From Mytilus trossulus (Eukaryota), in contig NC_086383.1 of the NCBI RefSeq assembly GCF_036588685.1, positions 9,982,001-10,046,000 on the forward strand: a stretch of DNA of 64,000 nucleotides, written 5' to 3'. The notes beneath the pieces were generated by a model. That model searched no databases, was not told the DNA's origin, and saw nothing but the letters and a program-made list of their open reading frames with translations. Positions 12,363-24,413 of this stretch are shown in pieces (positions within the stretch are counted from its first letter, which is position 1; every line of letters begins with the position of its first letter). The translations under genes were made by a program, and so were the position numbers.

Positions 12363-13244
12363 GTAAGCCATGTACATGTTATGTATCAAAAACAAACAAA
12401 AACAAGCAAAATGAATAACATCTAGGCGAAAAAAAAGTAAACAAAATGTGATAAATGGTAAGTCAATAGTACGTCAAACGTTGCTCAAAATGACCTTTTC
12501 AGTGATTTCGAATATATATCAATATCATACTTCAATTATTATATTCTATATAAAAGTACATAATATTTAGACAATTTTTTAAATTGCAATCGTTGCACTG
12601 TTTGACCGGAACATTATTTCCAAACTATTTGACCGCAATCGTCATTTTGTTTTGCCGAATTTTAAAAAAGCAACTACGGGATTGGAGAGTTTTGAAACAA
12701 AAATACGGAAGTTACGACGTCACGTTTTACCTACAGTATCTAGGGTTGACGTCAGTACACGCTGTAGCCTAAGCATATCATAATATTTATGAAGAAAAAG
12801 TTCAACAATAAGGTTTATTTCTTTGTTGATTTCAACAACCTTTGATGAATACTTTAATTTTTATATCATGTTAAGTGATTTTTTACAAATATATGCGCTC
12901 TTCATGTTTTATTCTCAATATTCTCAAAGAAAAAGTTACAAAAGAAATTTATGTTCGTGGGAAAATATTGCGCTGGCAATAAATGTATCATAACGTATAT
13001 AGCTGTTTTTTTTCAGTATGATTAAATCTTAAATCATATGTTCACGCATGTCTTTCAGTGATCTAACAACACCCTGTTCTACGTTCTGTTTAAAAATGTG
13101 TAGAGTTCATGTTTTATCATAATTATAAACACTTTATATAGGTTGACGTTTCCCTAGCTGATGTAACAAATACCAGCACACAGAGCTATCATAGGATTAT
13201 AAGTCAAACATAAACTCAAAGAAGGAATGTTACAAAGATTGTAT

Positions 13245-13612
13245 AAAAAATATTATTTAATGAATGGCTATTATCTATTTTGAATTTATTGAACCATAAA
13301 ACTAATTTTTGACTCTTCACATTGAATAATCCGCGAAGCGGATTATGTAAAATGTGAAGAGTCAAAAATTAGTTTTATGGTTCAATAAAATCAAAATATA
13401 TTATTGCCATTCATTATAAATAAATTTCTATCAAAAATAAGGCTCAAAGAACATTTTATATTGTTTATATTAACAATAACAACGTACACACATGTTGGCG
13501 TATGAATACACAACGTCAGAGTGGGCGTGTCGCCATCAAAATTGACAACATTGAAAATAAAACTAATATTTTTAACCAATCAGAAGACAGTAAAAACACC
13601 AAATTTATTTAT
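13245..13612. mobile_element. Foldback insertion with a long palindrome centred on GCGAAGC
   Basis: Inverted arms at about 13259-13334 and 13338-13415 flank a GAA loop. Absent at the homologous intron site in copy B (about 48185). Confidence 0.75.
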
Positions 13613-13661
13613 TAATACTTGAACATCGTACCATACTCTAATAAACTGTATTTATGTTTAG

Positions 13662-13798
13662 GACTCCAGGGTAAAGACAAGGATCAGACTATTGGAGTTG
13701 TTGGACTTGTGATATTCATGATAATCTTTGTAGCCGTTGTTGGCAGCTGTATTGTTTCTATCGTCATCATGGAATGTAAACGAGTTTTTAAGAGATAA
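13662..13798 (+). CDS. Receptor gene A: terminal transmembrane exon with short cytoplasmic tail
   Basis: gtttag| acceptor, phase 1. Encodes GLQGKDKDQTIGVVGLVIFMIIFVAVVGSCIVSIVIMECKRVFKR*, a hydrophobic helix followed by a basic stop-transfer. Not in the ORF track. Confidence 0.82.
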
Positions 13799-15733
13799 AC
13801 AAAGTTACCTTCTCGACAGATTTAGATTTTGACATTTTTACAAAACTGTCCTTTCTTGTTTGTTACGAAATCTGTATTTCAAATTATTCTTTATATGTCA
13901 ACACACATAACAACTGTTGCTGACAATAAAACTGAAGGTTTAACTAGCATTTTTGACATAGATCTACATCTAGAGCAAAAATGGTGTAAATTAAAAGATG
14001 TGGTTGGTGTGCCAATAACATTATTTGCAGGCCAGGGTCAATGTCCGTATAGTTTTTAGAAAAACCAAACAACACATTCGGAAGTAAGCGTCGCTGAAAT
14101 CGACATTTTAGCAAGTTTTGTAGTTTTTAACCTGCATTTTTTTGTAATGCGGTTATAGTAGTATTCGATTTTATAAGTTCAAGGTCTAACGAAGTTTTCA
14201 AAACTTTTATGATCTATTGTCTAGTTTTGCATTATTTTGTTACCATCTATTATCTTAAAGCAAAACTCATATCATATAATAAGTTTTGCGAGAAATATTC
14301 CTCTTTGTGTGTAAAAAGGTAGGAAAAATACACAGATAAGAGTTAAATCAACGTTCGAAAATCACAATATGACCAATAGTTAAAGAGGACAATGCAGCAA
14401 GCACAGAAACCGACATCCTCTCTGAAATCATCATATTAGATGCATATTTGCGTCAGTTTCTGTTTGACTCAAGAGTTGTGAATATCTCTTATGTATCTGT
14501 TCTTGTTTTGTTCACAAAATATATAAAACAAAATGAACAGAGTGATTGAAATCTTACACGTGCTTTTATTTGTACTGTATTCCTGTTATGTAAAGTTGTC
14601 ATTATAAAGGTATTTACATGATTGAAACATCTGTGTCTCTTGATATTTACTTCATTTTAATAACTGTTATTTACAAATGGAGAATCATCTTCAGTTTTTT
14701 TGAAAAAAAACCACTTTTGTTGATGCATCTTAGAAAAAATAGAAAAACTAGAAACATATACATATAGATTATTACATTGCTACAAGTGGATTATCGGATT
14801 TATCCAATGGAGATAGTTAAATTATAAATTCTCTCTAATAGTTGAACGATAAACTTTCTTCTTTTCTTTAACAAAATCCCTTCGAGTGCCTTCTACTTCC
14901 TAACACCTGTTAGAACATTGTGATTAATTCAGAGAGCTGAAAAAGGTTATGAACCTTTGACTAAGCCAATAATCCCCTGAGATTACCGGCAACCTGACGT
15001 TGATTTTTTTTTTATACAATTGGTTCGGAAAGGGATACGATTCTACAGAATTAGAGAGGGGAAATATTTTGATTTCAATTATTTGCTATCATTTATGATT
15101 TTAAACATAAACCTTCTTTTGATAATATATATTTATGAAGAACTGTGAAAAATTGAAAGTAGAATCCAGAAATAAACGTTATTGTAATAGGATAACGATA
15201 AACGTAAAGTACATGGATATTTTCCCTGAATGATTTCAATTGTATTGCATACTTTATTAAAACATTCATTTGGTTAACTGAATTCCAACTTACAATTATA
15301 ATTAAACTTGTTCATTTGTCATGCATTGTACTTTTTCACTATTATTGGTTTATTTTACGCCAGCATACAGGGTTGTATTTTTAACATGTCTCACAGGATG
15401 AGAGCAACAAAAGTTACTACGTGACTAATAAAGTGTAATCTGATAATTTGTTTCTGTTATCTTAGTAACATTCTCGTAACAACCTATTGCAAGTATTGAA
15501 ATAATAACGGAGATGGAGTTAACTGATTGTGATACATTAATATTTGATTCCAGATAAACATATGATTGAAGCAATTAAGGGTTTGAAATGTTAACCTGAA
15601 TTGAAAAATGTTAACATCCTTGTATAAAACTGTAGTCAATGGATTTCTCTTTAGTGCTAAAAGTGTATATGAACTTTGTCTAGAATGCTCTTCAACTTTA
15701 GACTTGTTTGGCTTTTTAATTGTTTTGATCTGA

Positions 15734-15777
15734 GCGTCACTGATGAGTCGTATGTAGACGAAACGCGCGTCTGGCGT
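15734..15777 (+). ncRNA. Minimal type I hammerhead ribozyme, intact core
   Basis: gcgtca-CTGATGA-gtc(gtatgta)gac-GAAA-cgcgc-GTC-tggcgt: stem I, stem II, palindromic stem III and a GUC cleavage triplet. Confidence 0.85.
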
Positions 15778-16749
15778 ATAAAATTATATTTCTGGTACCT
15801 GACCTATTTGTATTAACAGAACTTAAGCCTATTTCAAGCACGATTTTCTTCCTATGTATGAGTACAGTTGCCATTTGTATATATTAAAAGCTGTCACAAC
15901 ATTGCATTGTTGATATTTTATTACCAAATTCTAAATACAACAATGCAAATTTTAGTCAAACATTAATGCGAAGGTCTGAAAACAGATAGATAAAAGTTTC
16001 GGTATGTTCGAATGAACATACCTCTCGCTGTTGTTAGTACCCTCTTAGTACGTACACATCTGGCAGCTGTAGTATTTAGCTACGTATATAATGCGATTAC
16101 AACAAATGCTAAAATTTAAAACCTTCCTTAAGAAAATAAAATTCGTTTGATGGTTATTTTTTTTTCTAGCATCGGTCGTTTGTTTTGATTTACCTAATTC
16201 AAAGTCAGTGAGAAAATTTCATACAACAACGACATAAACATGTCCAAACCACAACTTTAGCATTTACATTTTTTGATAGTTTAAAAGTCACAAATCAAAA
16301 TTTACTTTCTCTTTATAGTTTATATAGTAGATTTCCCAACGAATCACTTTTTTAATAAAATGTCAAGAATGACTTTTACGTTTTTTTTTATTATGAAGAC
16401 TGGTTAAATAAAAGTACACATATTTGAAAACTAACTAGTTGATTGTTTTCCATGTCAAATGAATATCAAACAAGTGTTCAGTGACATCAACGACACAAAC
16501 TAACAAATGCTCCTTCAGGAATTAGATACATTGTAATTATTTGTTAAAATCGAAAATGAGATCTGATAAGGACAAACACAAAAAAGGTTATTTTGCTTCA
16601 TACAATATTTAATTTTCTGAACGAAATAAAACTTTGTCTAAATCGAAATATCTAGTTATTATTTTTATCATTCTAATTCAATTTGAAATTAGGAAGATGT
16701 GATATAATTGCCAATCAGACAAATCTCCACAATAGACCAAAAAATGGTA

Positions 16750-17540
16750 TGCTTTATAATTTGACGGGACGTATTATGGTAAACAAATGTTCGGCGTCTG
16801 TTCGTCTGTTTGTGCGGCGCCCACATGTCGCACCGTTACTTGTGAAACACCTATTTAAATTTCTTATAATGGTCAAACGATCTTTTTTTACATTGTACTT
16901 TTTGGTGAAAATAAGATTTATACTTTTTGAGTTGCGGGACTTAATAATTAAAACAGGGGTGTGTTTTTTTTAACATGTCTTGCCGTATCTCAAAAACGGT
17001 TTATGATTATTGTTTAAAATATTACATACTTATTAGTTATATTAATTTAAAGTTTTTTTATTTTTTTGGTGATAATTCATAGTTTGATTTTAGAGGTATT
17101 GATTTTTTTGTAAAAAAAGGGCAGCAGTTTCACAGGTCTCGCCGTATCTCAAAAACGATCTCTGATTGTTGCTTAAAACTTTACACACTTCTTAGTTATA
17201 TTAATCTTCAAATATGTATATTTTTCGGTTCTGATTCAAATTTCCTTTTAAAGTTATTTTTTTTTGTAAAAGAAGGGGGGGGGCCTTGTTCACATGTAGT
17301 ACCGTATTTCAATACCATTTATGACTATTGCTTGCTATTAACTTTACACACTTCTTAGTTATACTAATCTTAAGATCTGTATACTTTTTGGTAATGATTC
17401 AAAGTTTTCTTTTAGAGTTATTGAGATTTTTGTAAAAAAATTTATTCACATTTCGCGCCGTATCTCAGAAACTATTTATGATTTTTGCATAAAACCTCAC
17501 TAACAAGAAGAAGGGCTATCATGCATGTGGGGTAGCTTTT
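16750..17540 (+). mobile_element. Helentron/HINE-like non-autonomous element with internal tandem repeats of about 155 bp
   Basis: 5' gacgggacgtattatg, a (cgtctgt)-type microsatellite, and 3-4 units beginning ccgtatctcaaaaac. Duplicate at 51320-52105. Confidence 0.65.
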
Positions 17541-18324
17541 TATTATAGCAAGCTTAACCTCCCACTTTAATGGGATAAACAATATAAACCCAGGTTGTTA
17601 TTGTGACAATAATTGGGACAAAGCTAACAGCAGGCAAACAGTATAAATAATTTATACCGCCCTCCCCCCAAAAAGAGATAGATAGAATAATTCACAACGT
17701 CAGCACATTATTTATATAACTCAAAACCAACAGAAGAATATATATTAATGGGACAGAGAAAAAAACACGATTGGATTTTTCATGGAAATTACATTATCAA
17801 TCCATCAATAACTAATCGATATAGATTAGTTGATCTTCTTGATTTATAAGTGCCTTATAGAAATTTGTGATAAGGAAATATTACAATGTGAACAGGGAAG
17901 GGCACACATCGGACTCCCAGAGAATAAGCGATGGATAACCTGTTGGAAAGTTCTCCAAATCCAACGAATGTATTATAATTGAAAAACTCATCAAGATGCT
18001 TACGGGATTTCGTTGTAGCAGTTTGTTTCTTATGAATCATTTTATTCACAAATTTATCAGGTTTGTAATTTTTAATTTGTTATTAATAAATGTTATATCA
18101 ATCTCACCAATCTTATCTTTTATTCTATCCGAATTCTATCTTATTTTTGGAAAATCTTTTTAGAAATTCAAATGTGACGTTACTTTGTGCGTTGATGGCT
18201 TTGGCTTACTCAGCTGTGCATTTCTTATGCTGCTTTATGCTGCTTAAGGTTGTTTTATGTAATGTATCCGTTTTTATTCTGTTGTTGGTCAACACAACAA
18301 TTATTAGAATTTACTGTTAGCAAA

Positions 18325-18721
18325 CGTATGAATTATTCCAAATAATAAGGATGTGCGTATCCAAGGCAGAAAACCCTACCCGTATTGGTCACAACTTGTT
18401 TTGGATTTCGAACCTTTTTTTCATCTGAGAGTCACTGGCTTGTCTTGTGTGAACAAAACGCACGTCTGGCGTTAAATAGTTATCAAAGGTACCAGGATTA
18501 TCATTTAGTACGTCAGACTCTACAGAAGACTCATCAGTGACGCTTATATCAAAATATTTATAAACCCAAACAAATATAAAGTTAAAGTGCATTGAGGGTC
18601 CAAAATTTTCAAAAGATTGTGCCAAATACGTCTAAGGTAATCTATGCCTGGGATAAGACAATCCTTAGTTTTTTGAAAAAAATAAAGTTTTGTAAACAGA
18701 AAATTGAACCTGGTACCTTTT
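18325..18721. mobile_element. Nested, oppositely oriented retrozyme fragments (also at about 52900-53310)
   Basis: A degenerate plus-strand hammerhead at 18429-18472 is followed by a minus-strand copy with gactcatcagtgacgc at about 18528-18543. Confidence 0.6.
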
Positions 18722-20565
18722 GTTAGTTATAATTCGTGTGTTTCTCTGTCCTATATGTTCTCCTATTATTATAGTGTAGTCCTGTCATGGAATGTTGTCA
18801 TTTTACTGTTAAATTTAAGATTGCCATAAAAGCGGGAGGTTTGGCATGCCACAAAACCAGGTTCAACCCACCATTTTTTCCTAAAATTTCCTGTACATGT
18901 ATTAAGTCAGAAAAATGGCCATTGTTATATTATAGTTCGTTTCTGTATGTGTTACATTTTAGTGTTGTGTTTCTGTTGTGTCGTAGTTCTCTTCTTTTAT
19001 TTGATGCATTTCCCTCAATTTAAGTTTGTAACCCGGATTTTTTTTCAATCGATTTATGAATTTCGAGCAGCGGTATAATACTGTTGCCTTTATTTAGAAG
19101 AAAGTTTGAACCATTCTGCTAGTGCTGTCCAAGTCATCAGCCTGTTATTCAGTGGTTGTCGTTTACTGCTGTAAATCGTATGTTTTAAGGATATTGTTTT
19201 GAACCTTATTCAGGCTGTTTGAAATGTTTAACATGTTACACATTTGCCATTTCTGGGTGTTTACTCACTATGTCGTATTAAATAGTTCTTTGTTGAAAGC
19301 CATACTGTAAAATAATGTTAAGATCTGTGTCATTTGGTCTTTGGTGTAGAATTATGTCATTTGCAATCAAACCACATCTTTCAATTTTTATAAATTAATT
19401 TATCCCAAAAACAAATATTTGTAGCGTTCGCAGCATTTTTTTTATGCTAAAAAGCATTTATCGTTATTTGGTTTATTTTTTTCGTTTGTCGGTGTAAATT
19501 GTAAACACACTACATAAACATACTTTTATATTTTCTACATTTAACAGCAAACGTTTCCATTTTAGACAATAGAACAATTACCATTCAAAATGGTATTTCA
19601 AAGAGATATAGTTAAACAAACAAATGGAAGTTTTGAACGACCTTGACTGGCTATACAGCCCTTGCACGGTTGGTATAAAGTTTAAGCTTATAGTTAAAGC
19701 TACTTACGAATATGACTTATTAACGGGTTTGTTCTAACACGATCTACACGAAGGTTGTCACATGTGAATCTTGATCTACCTTCCGGAAGACAGGATATTA
19801 CTTCTGTTTACGGTTGTGTTCAAGTTGCTCAGTCTTTAGTTTCCTCTGTGTTGTGTGTTCTATTGTGGGTCTGGTGGTGATTTTTTTTTAAAGCTAAGGC
19901 GTTTTTAGCTTATTGTGTAAAATATAAAAAAAATATTTATTTGGTGAATGAGTTGAGCTATTATTATTGCTATTTTTAATTGTCTCGATGTTGAAATATT
20001 ACACTATTGTTTCATGTTAAAGGGAAGGTTGACGCCTGTCAAAATGTTTAAACCTGCTGCATGTTTAAAGACTGTCCTAATTCGGAAACCTATTGTTCGG
20101 CAGTTATCTTTTGGTTATGAAGTTTATAAGTGTTTCTCTTTTCTCTTTAAAAACCCCCCAACATTTGCCCTAATACCACATCTTTTTTTTTCTATGTTCC
20201 GATTTTTTAAGCTATGACTTCTTTGTGCGATGTTCATGAATTTCACACGACTCTGGTTCTAACTCCATCAGCGGAAGTTGACATTTAATTGACAGTTCTA
20301 TTCTTTGTGGTTTGAATTAAAAAAAACTCCTTCTGTTTATAGATATGTATACATTTGCACTCCACGGCTTTCATAGGCTTTGTGTTTGAGTGTTTCTTGC
20401 GAAGATGAATACAGAAACACGATTCGTTTGACATGAAATACTTAGGCTTTTCTACATCAGGCATATATTACCTGAGCTGTATTTGGCAAGACTTTTAGGC
20501 ATTTTGGTCCTCAATGCTTTTCTACTTCGTAAATTGTTTGGACTTTTTAACTTTTTTAGATTCAA

Positions 20566-20610
20566 GCGTCACTGATGAGTCTGTTGTAGACCAAAACGCG
20601 CGTCTGGCGT
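20566..20610 (+). ncRNA. Degenerate hammerhead in a retrozyme fragment (about 20445-20645)
   Basis: CTGATGA is intact but GAAA is replaced by CAAAA. Confidence 0.6.
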
Positions 20611-21012
20611 ATATACAAAATTTAGTCCTGGTATCTATGATGAGGTTATTTCACCAGAATTATCACGGGCTTAGTCTTTGATAGTTGGAATGAAATCCTT
20701 CGAACCGAAAGTTATTTTTAATGTTTATCTTTTTTTCCCCAGAAACCATACTAAACAATATGATTTTTTGACCAAGAAAGGCCGCATTAACGAAAAATGT
20801 TTTCATCCCGGCGACTAACAAAAAAGAAATTTGACAACAATTAGAATAAAGGTTAAGCAATTTAATCAAAACATATTAATCAGACATAAAATGCTTTATC
20901 AATTAGAATTAAGGTTAAGCAATGTAAAAAAAAGAAAAAAACAACTACATAACAAGGAATGTATGAGACGTTATTGCTGATACTTTGTTTCATAGACGGT
21001 GAGAGCCGTTGA

Positions 21013-21170
21013 TCATGTAGTTTTATATACACCAATTGAGAAACCAGTGCAATTAATTGACTAATCAGTAGTGAAGTTGAGAAAGAAAGCACTGTCTGTT
21101 GACCAAATATCATCTGGAAGATAGTATCCTGTCAAACTGTACAGCTCTGTTCCCCTTGTCTGTCAAACAT
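21013..21170 (-). pseudogene. CUB C-half exon of copy A, inactivated
   Basis: Paralog of 53773-53931 with a 1-nt deletion near 21152-21155 and an in-frame TAG at 21061-21063. Confidence 0.8.
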
Positions 21171-21384
21171 CTAAAATTGTTAAATAGAAAGTATTTTAAA
21201 TAACAGTCAGTAGCAAAATACAAACTATTCAATCACTGGAACACCGGTTTGCGAAAATGCTTAGTCGTAAAGTTCGCAAAAAACTTAACCTGTTAATGAC
21301 AAAAAGCATGTGTGTAGATAGGATTAAAGCAGGTTAAAGATACACTAGTATTTATTTGGTGTGCGTCACCTGTTTCAAGGCTAT

Positions 21385-24085
21385 TAGAGGTTTCCAGATT
21401 TGCGACCGTACCAACCGTAGTACGAACTGGGAGCCGTCATTGAACTTTTTAAAAGAATGCATTTATGCACTTAATGTCAACTTATGTTTAATGAATTGTT
21501 AACAAAAGTATTTGGAGGATTTTTAGCTACTACTTTATATAAATTTCATGTAGATGTGTTCCCTTATCATGACAAACGATATTGTGTGTACTCGATTATG
21601 ATTTCAACCAACCGTTGCAAGTAACCGTTGCAACGAACGGTTTGTGATTAAGATTTTATTTCCCTTGAAATTGCACAGGCAAAAATAAGCTAAAAATAAA
21701 ACACATTCATATTTTTTTCTAATAATCTCTTGTTATAAAGATAGTATAGATTGAATAGGTTGACATTTTTGGGGGGTTGGCTTTCATAACCATGATAGAA
21801 AAAGAGCTATTTTAACATGCAAAATTCACCTAATTGAAAATGTATGAATGATAATGATAAATGCAAAACCTTTACAATCTTTCGTTATTGGATGGGCAAT
21901 GGATATCAACGACTGTAAAATTCATAAGCCATTTTTCAGATTCAACTTTAAATCATGAGAGCGTCGGTGTTTTCACTTGTGAAAAAAACTATACTTATAT
22001 GTTAAAAACAAATAATAATTGAAGAAAGAAATATTCAGCTACACAACTTTAATAGAATGTCTTTTAATCGTATGATGAGTATCAATTCTTCGCATTCTTT
22101 TTTTGTTTAATTTAATATTGTAAGTTATTTAAGAATTGAAGTTCATTGTCTCTACCTTTCGTATATTTTCTGACCCAAGGGGTGACTGGAGAATACAAAT
22201 ATGCAGGGTCACTTATTCTTCTCCCGACCGGCAGTAAACGCTTGCCAAAGTGGGGCGTCCGTTTGACTGTGCAGGATGTATCAAGTATGCATTCACGTCC
22301 GTACAGAATTGGGACGTTAAATCCGATGCCTCGTGCAAAGAGAGTGTCACGCCGCTGATAAATTAAGACCCTTGCAACAACTCTTTGAGGGGTCCGTAGG
22401 TGGCTTTTTGCAAAGCAAAATTACTGTCCCTATCCAATATACCCTCATTTTCCTGAGGCAGTCAAAATTTCCCCCACAAACATTCCGGATGGCCTCTATT
22501 ATTTCAAGACATATTGATTTATTGTTAACTTGTTCTCGCCTTGAATATGCATGAAATACTAACCACTGGACATTAAGCAACCAACAAGCAATCAATCAAT
22601 AATTTAATTCTTATTTTCTGCTTTTTCAAAATAAATTGTAATACACGTATGCGACATTTTACCAATAAAAGTGAAAGGAACGTGTCAATTAAAAAATACA
22701 TTTATAAGATATCTAAAGAATACAATGTCAGAACAGTTTACTTGTTATATAATAATTATTTTAGACTTATTAATTCTATGATGATTAATAATTAAGTCTA
22801 AGATGCAAGAATTTGATTATTATTTGTTTTTGAGACAGTTTGAATACAAATCCTTGCTTTGAACTAGCGGGTAATAACTGTGTGAACTCTCAGATATACA
22901 TGTACAAGTACCAGGTCACGTACACTCTGTGTTTTAGTAAGGTGTATTTCTATTTGAATCTATCTGAGTTAAGTCTTTTTCAACTGATTTCTATAGTATG
23001 CTCTTATGTTGAACTGTAACACCACTGTCAAGTTTATATATTTAACCCCGCCGTATTAGGAGCCTATCCCAAGCCAGGAGCCTGTAATTCGGTGGTTTTC
23101 GTTTGTTGCTGTGTTACATATTTGTTTTTCTTTTTTTTAAAATAAATTATGCCGTCAGTTTTCTTGTTTGAAATTTTTTAGCATTTGACATTTATGAGAC
23201 TTTTAAAGCGGACTCTGCGGGATGGACGTTGCTCATTGTTGAAGACCGTACGGTGATTTATTATAATTGTTTATTTCTGTAATATTTGGTCTCTGTGGAG
23301 AGCACATGCACTTGTCTCAGAATGTTTTCCCCCTATATACCTTTATATATATTAAGATATAAATGGGGGGAGGGGGGATTTTAGAAAAGTGCCTGTGGTG
23401 GAGAGTTGTCTCATTGGCAAACATATCATATCTGCCTTTTTATATTGGTGTTTTTCATCGACAACATAATAGGGAAATACGTCTTATTTATCAATACGTT
23501 TTCAGTTACTTTTTCAGAATGCATTTCAAGAAAAATATCTCAAGTTGTTGATAAAAAATATGCCTTTTCTCACTCTATGCAAGATCTCGGGTTTCCAATC
23601 GTCTAAAAGAAAATCTTTTGATGAAACGATCGAAATTTATTATTTTTAATATTAATGTCTTATTTCATGCAAAAACTAATTATGCAATGAAATTAATACA
23701 ATTTCAACACGTTAACGAATAGAAATAAGAAACAAAATATTTTTCTTTCTATAAATACACGAAACAAAAACAATACCAATAACGAACGCAAATCTATATT
23801 TAGAATATCAAGGTCATGTCAACTCGTTTCAGGTCTGTTTGATTCATGCTCTTATGCACAACTAAATAATTTCATAAGGAATCATAAACAAAGTGTTATA
23901 GAAACGTTCAAGCCGTTATCAAATAAAACGTTTAGCTAGTTTTTGACTGATATGCATTTCAATTCTTTAGATTTTATTATGATGAATAACATGATCTCAT
24001 TCATTAAATTATTTCTCCAAAACAGCACCAACGGTTGTGTTACGTACCAACCGTACCTGATACGTAGCAAATCTGGAAACCTCTA
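21385..24085. mobile_element. 2.7-kb non-autonomous DNA transposon with 19-bp perfect TIRs
   Basis: tagaggtttccagatttgc (21385-21403) and gcaaatctggaaacctcta (24067-24085), with subterminal cgtaccaaccgta repeats. It lies in the CUB intron of copy A and is absent from copy B. Confidence 0.85.
22180..22601 (+). mobile_element. SINE-like element nested in the 2.7-kb transposon
   Basis: GC-richer body with a gggacgttaaatccg core. The 3' end is ccactggacattaagcaa followed by a (caat)n tail. Confidence 0.6.
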
Positions 24086-24358
24086 TTAAGCGTGTGCGAC
24101 TATATAATAAAAACATTTTACTGATTTTTCAAAACCAATGTTTTGTTGCACAAGATGTCACCATGATAGTCAATAGTAGCAAACGAGTCTTATATCTACG
24201 AAAATTGCTCATATAATTCGGCTGTTGTCTGCTCTACGGTCGTATTGTCGTCTCTTTGACACATTCCCCATTTTCATTTTCAATTTTATCGTATATCATG
24301 ATACTCATAGATTCATTTACATCGTACGTTATTTATAGTATAAATGATATCAAATTAC

Positions 24359-24413
24359 CTTTACGAAATCTTTATCTGTCCCAAGATTAAAGGCTGTAAA
24401 TTTCAGAACAAGT
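24359..24413 (-). pseudogene. Remnant of the CUB N-half exon of copy A
   Basis: LVLKFTAFNLGTDKDFVK|gtaatt matches the end of 54643-54794. Homology is lost further upstream. Confidence 0.7.

Larger units (their letters stand above)
9300..24413 (+). repeat. Segmental duplication, copy A (partner about 44640-54697)
   Basis: Colinear exons, introns and intergenic sequence. 13640-19070 is nearly identical to 48220-53605, and 20940-21376 matches 53700-54150. Copy A carries extra insertions. Confidence 0.92.

Noticed and set aside
13829-14059. ORF also present at 48409-48639
   Set aside because: Lies in the 3'UTR after the TM exon stop, has a non-ATG start, and its conservation is explained by the recent duplication.
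16683-16973. ORF repeated at 51317-51640
   Set aside because: Chance frame across a non-autonomous Helentron-like repeat.
16975-17500. CRISPR-like array or prokaryotic defence (CBASS) operon interpretation of the window
   Set aside because: The repeats are contiguous internal units without unique spacers. The DNA is eukaryotic with spliceosomal introns and has no cas or CBASS effector genes.
17851-18049. Possible degenerate LDLa-like exon (+) or tyrosine-recombinase fragment (-)
   Set aside because: Requires frameshifts and lacks most diagnostic residues. Conservation in copy B is explained by the duplication.
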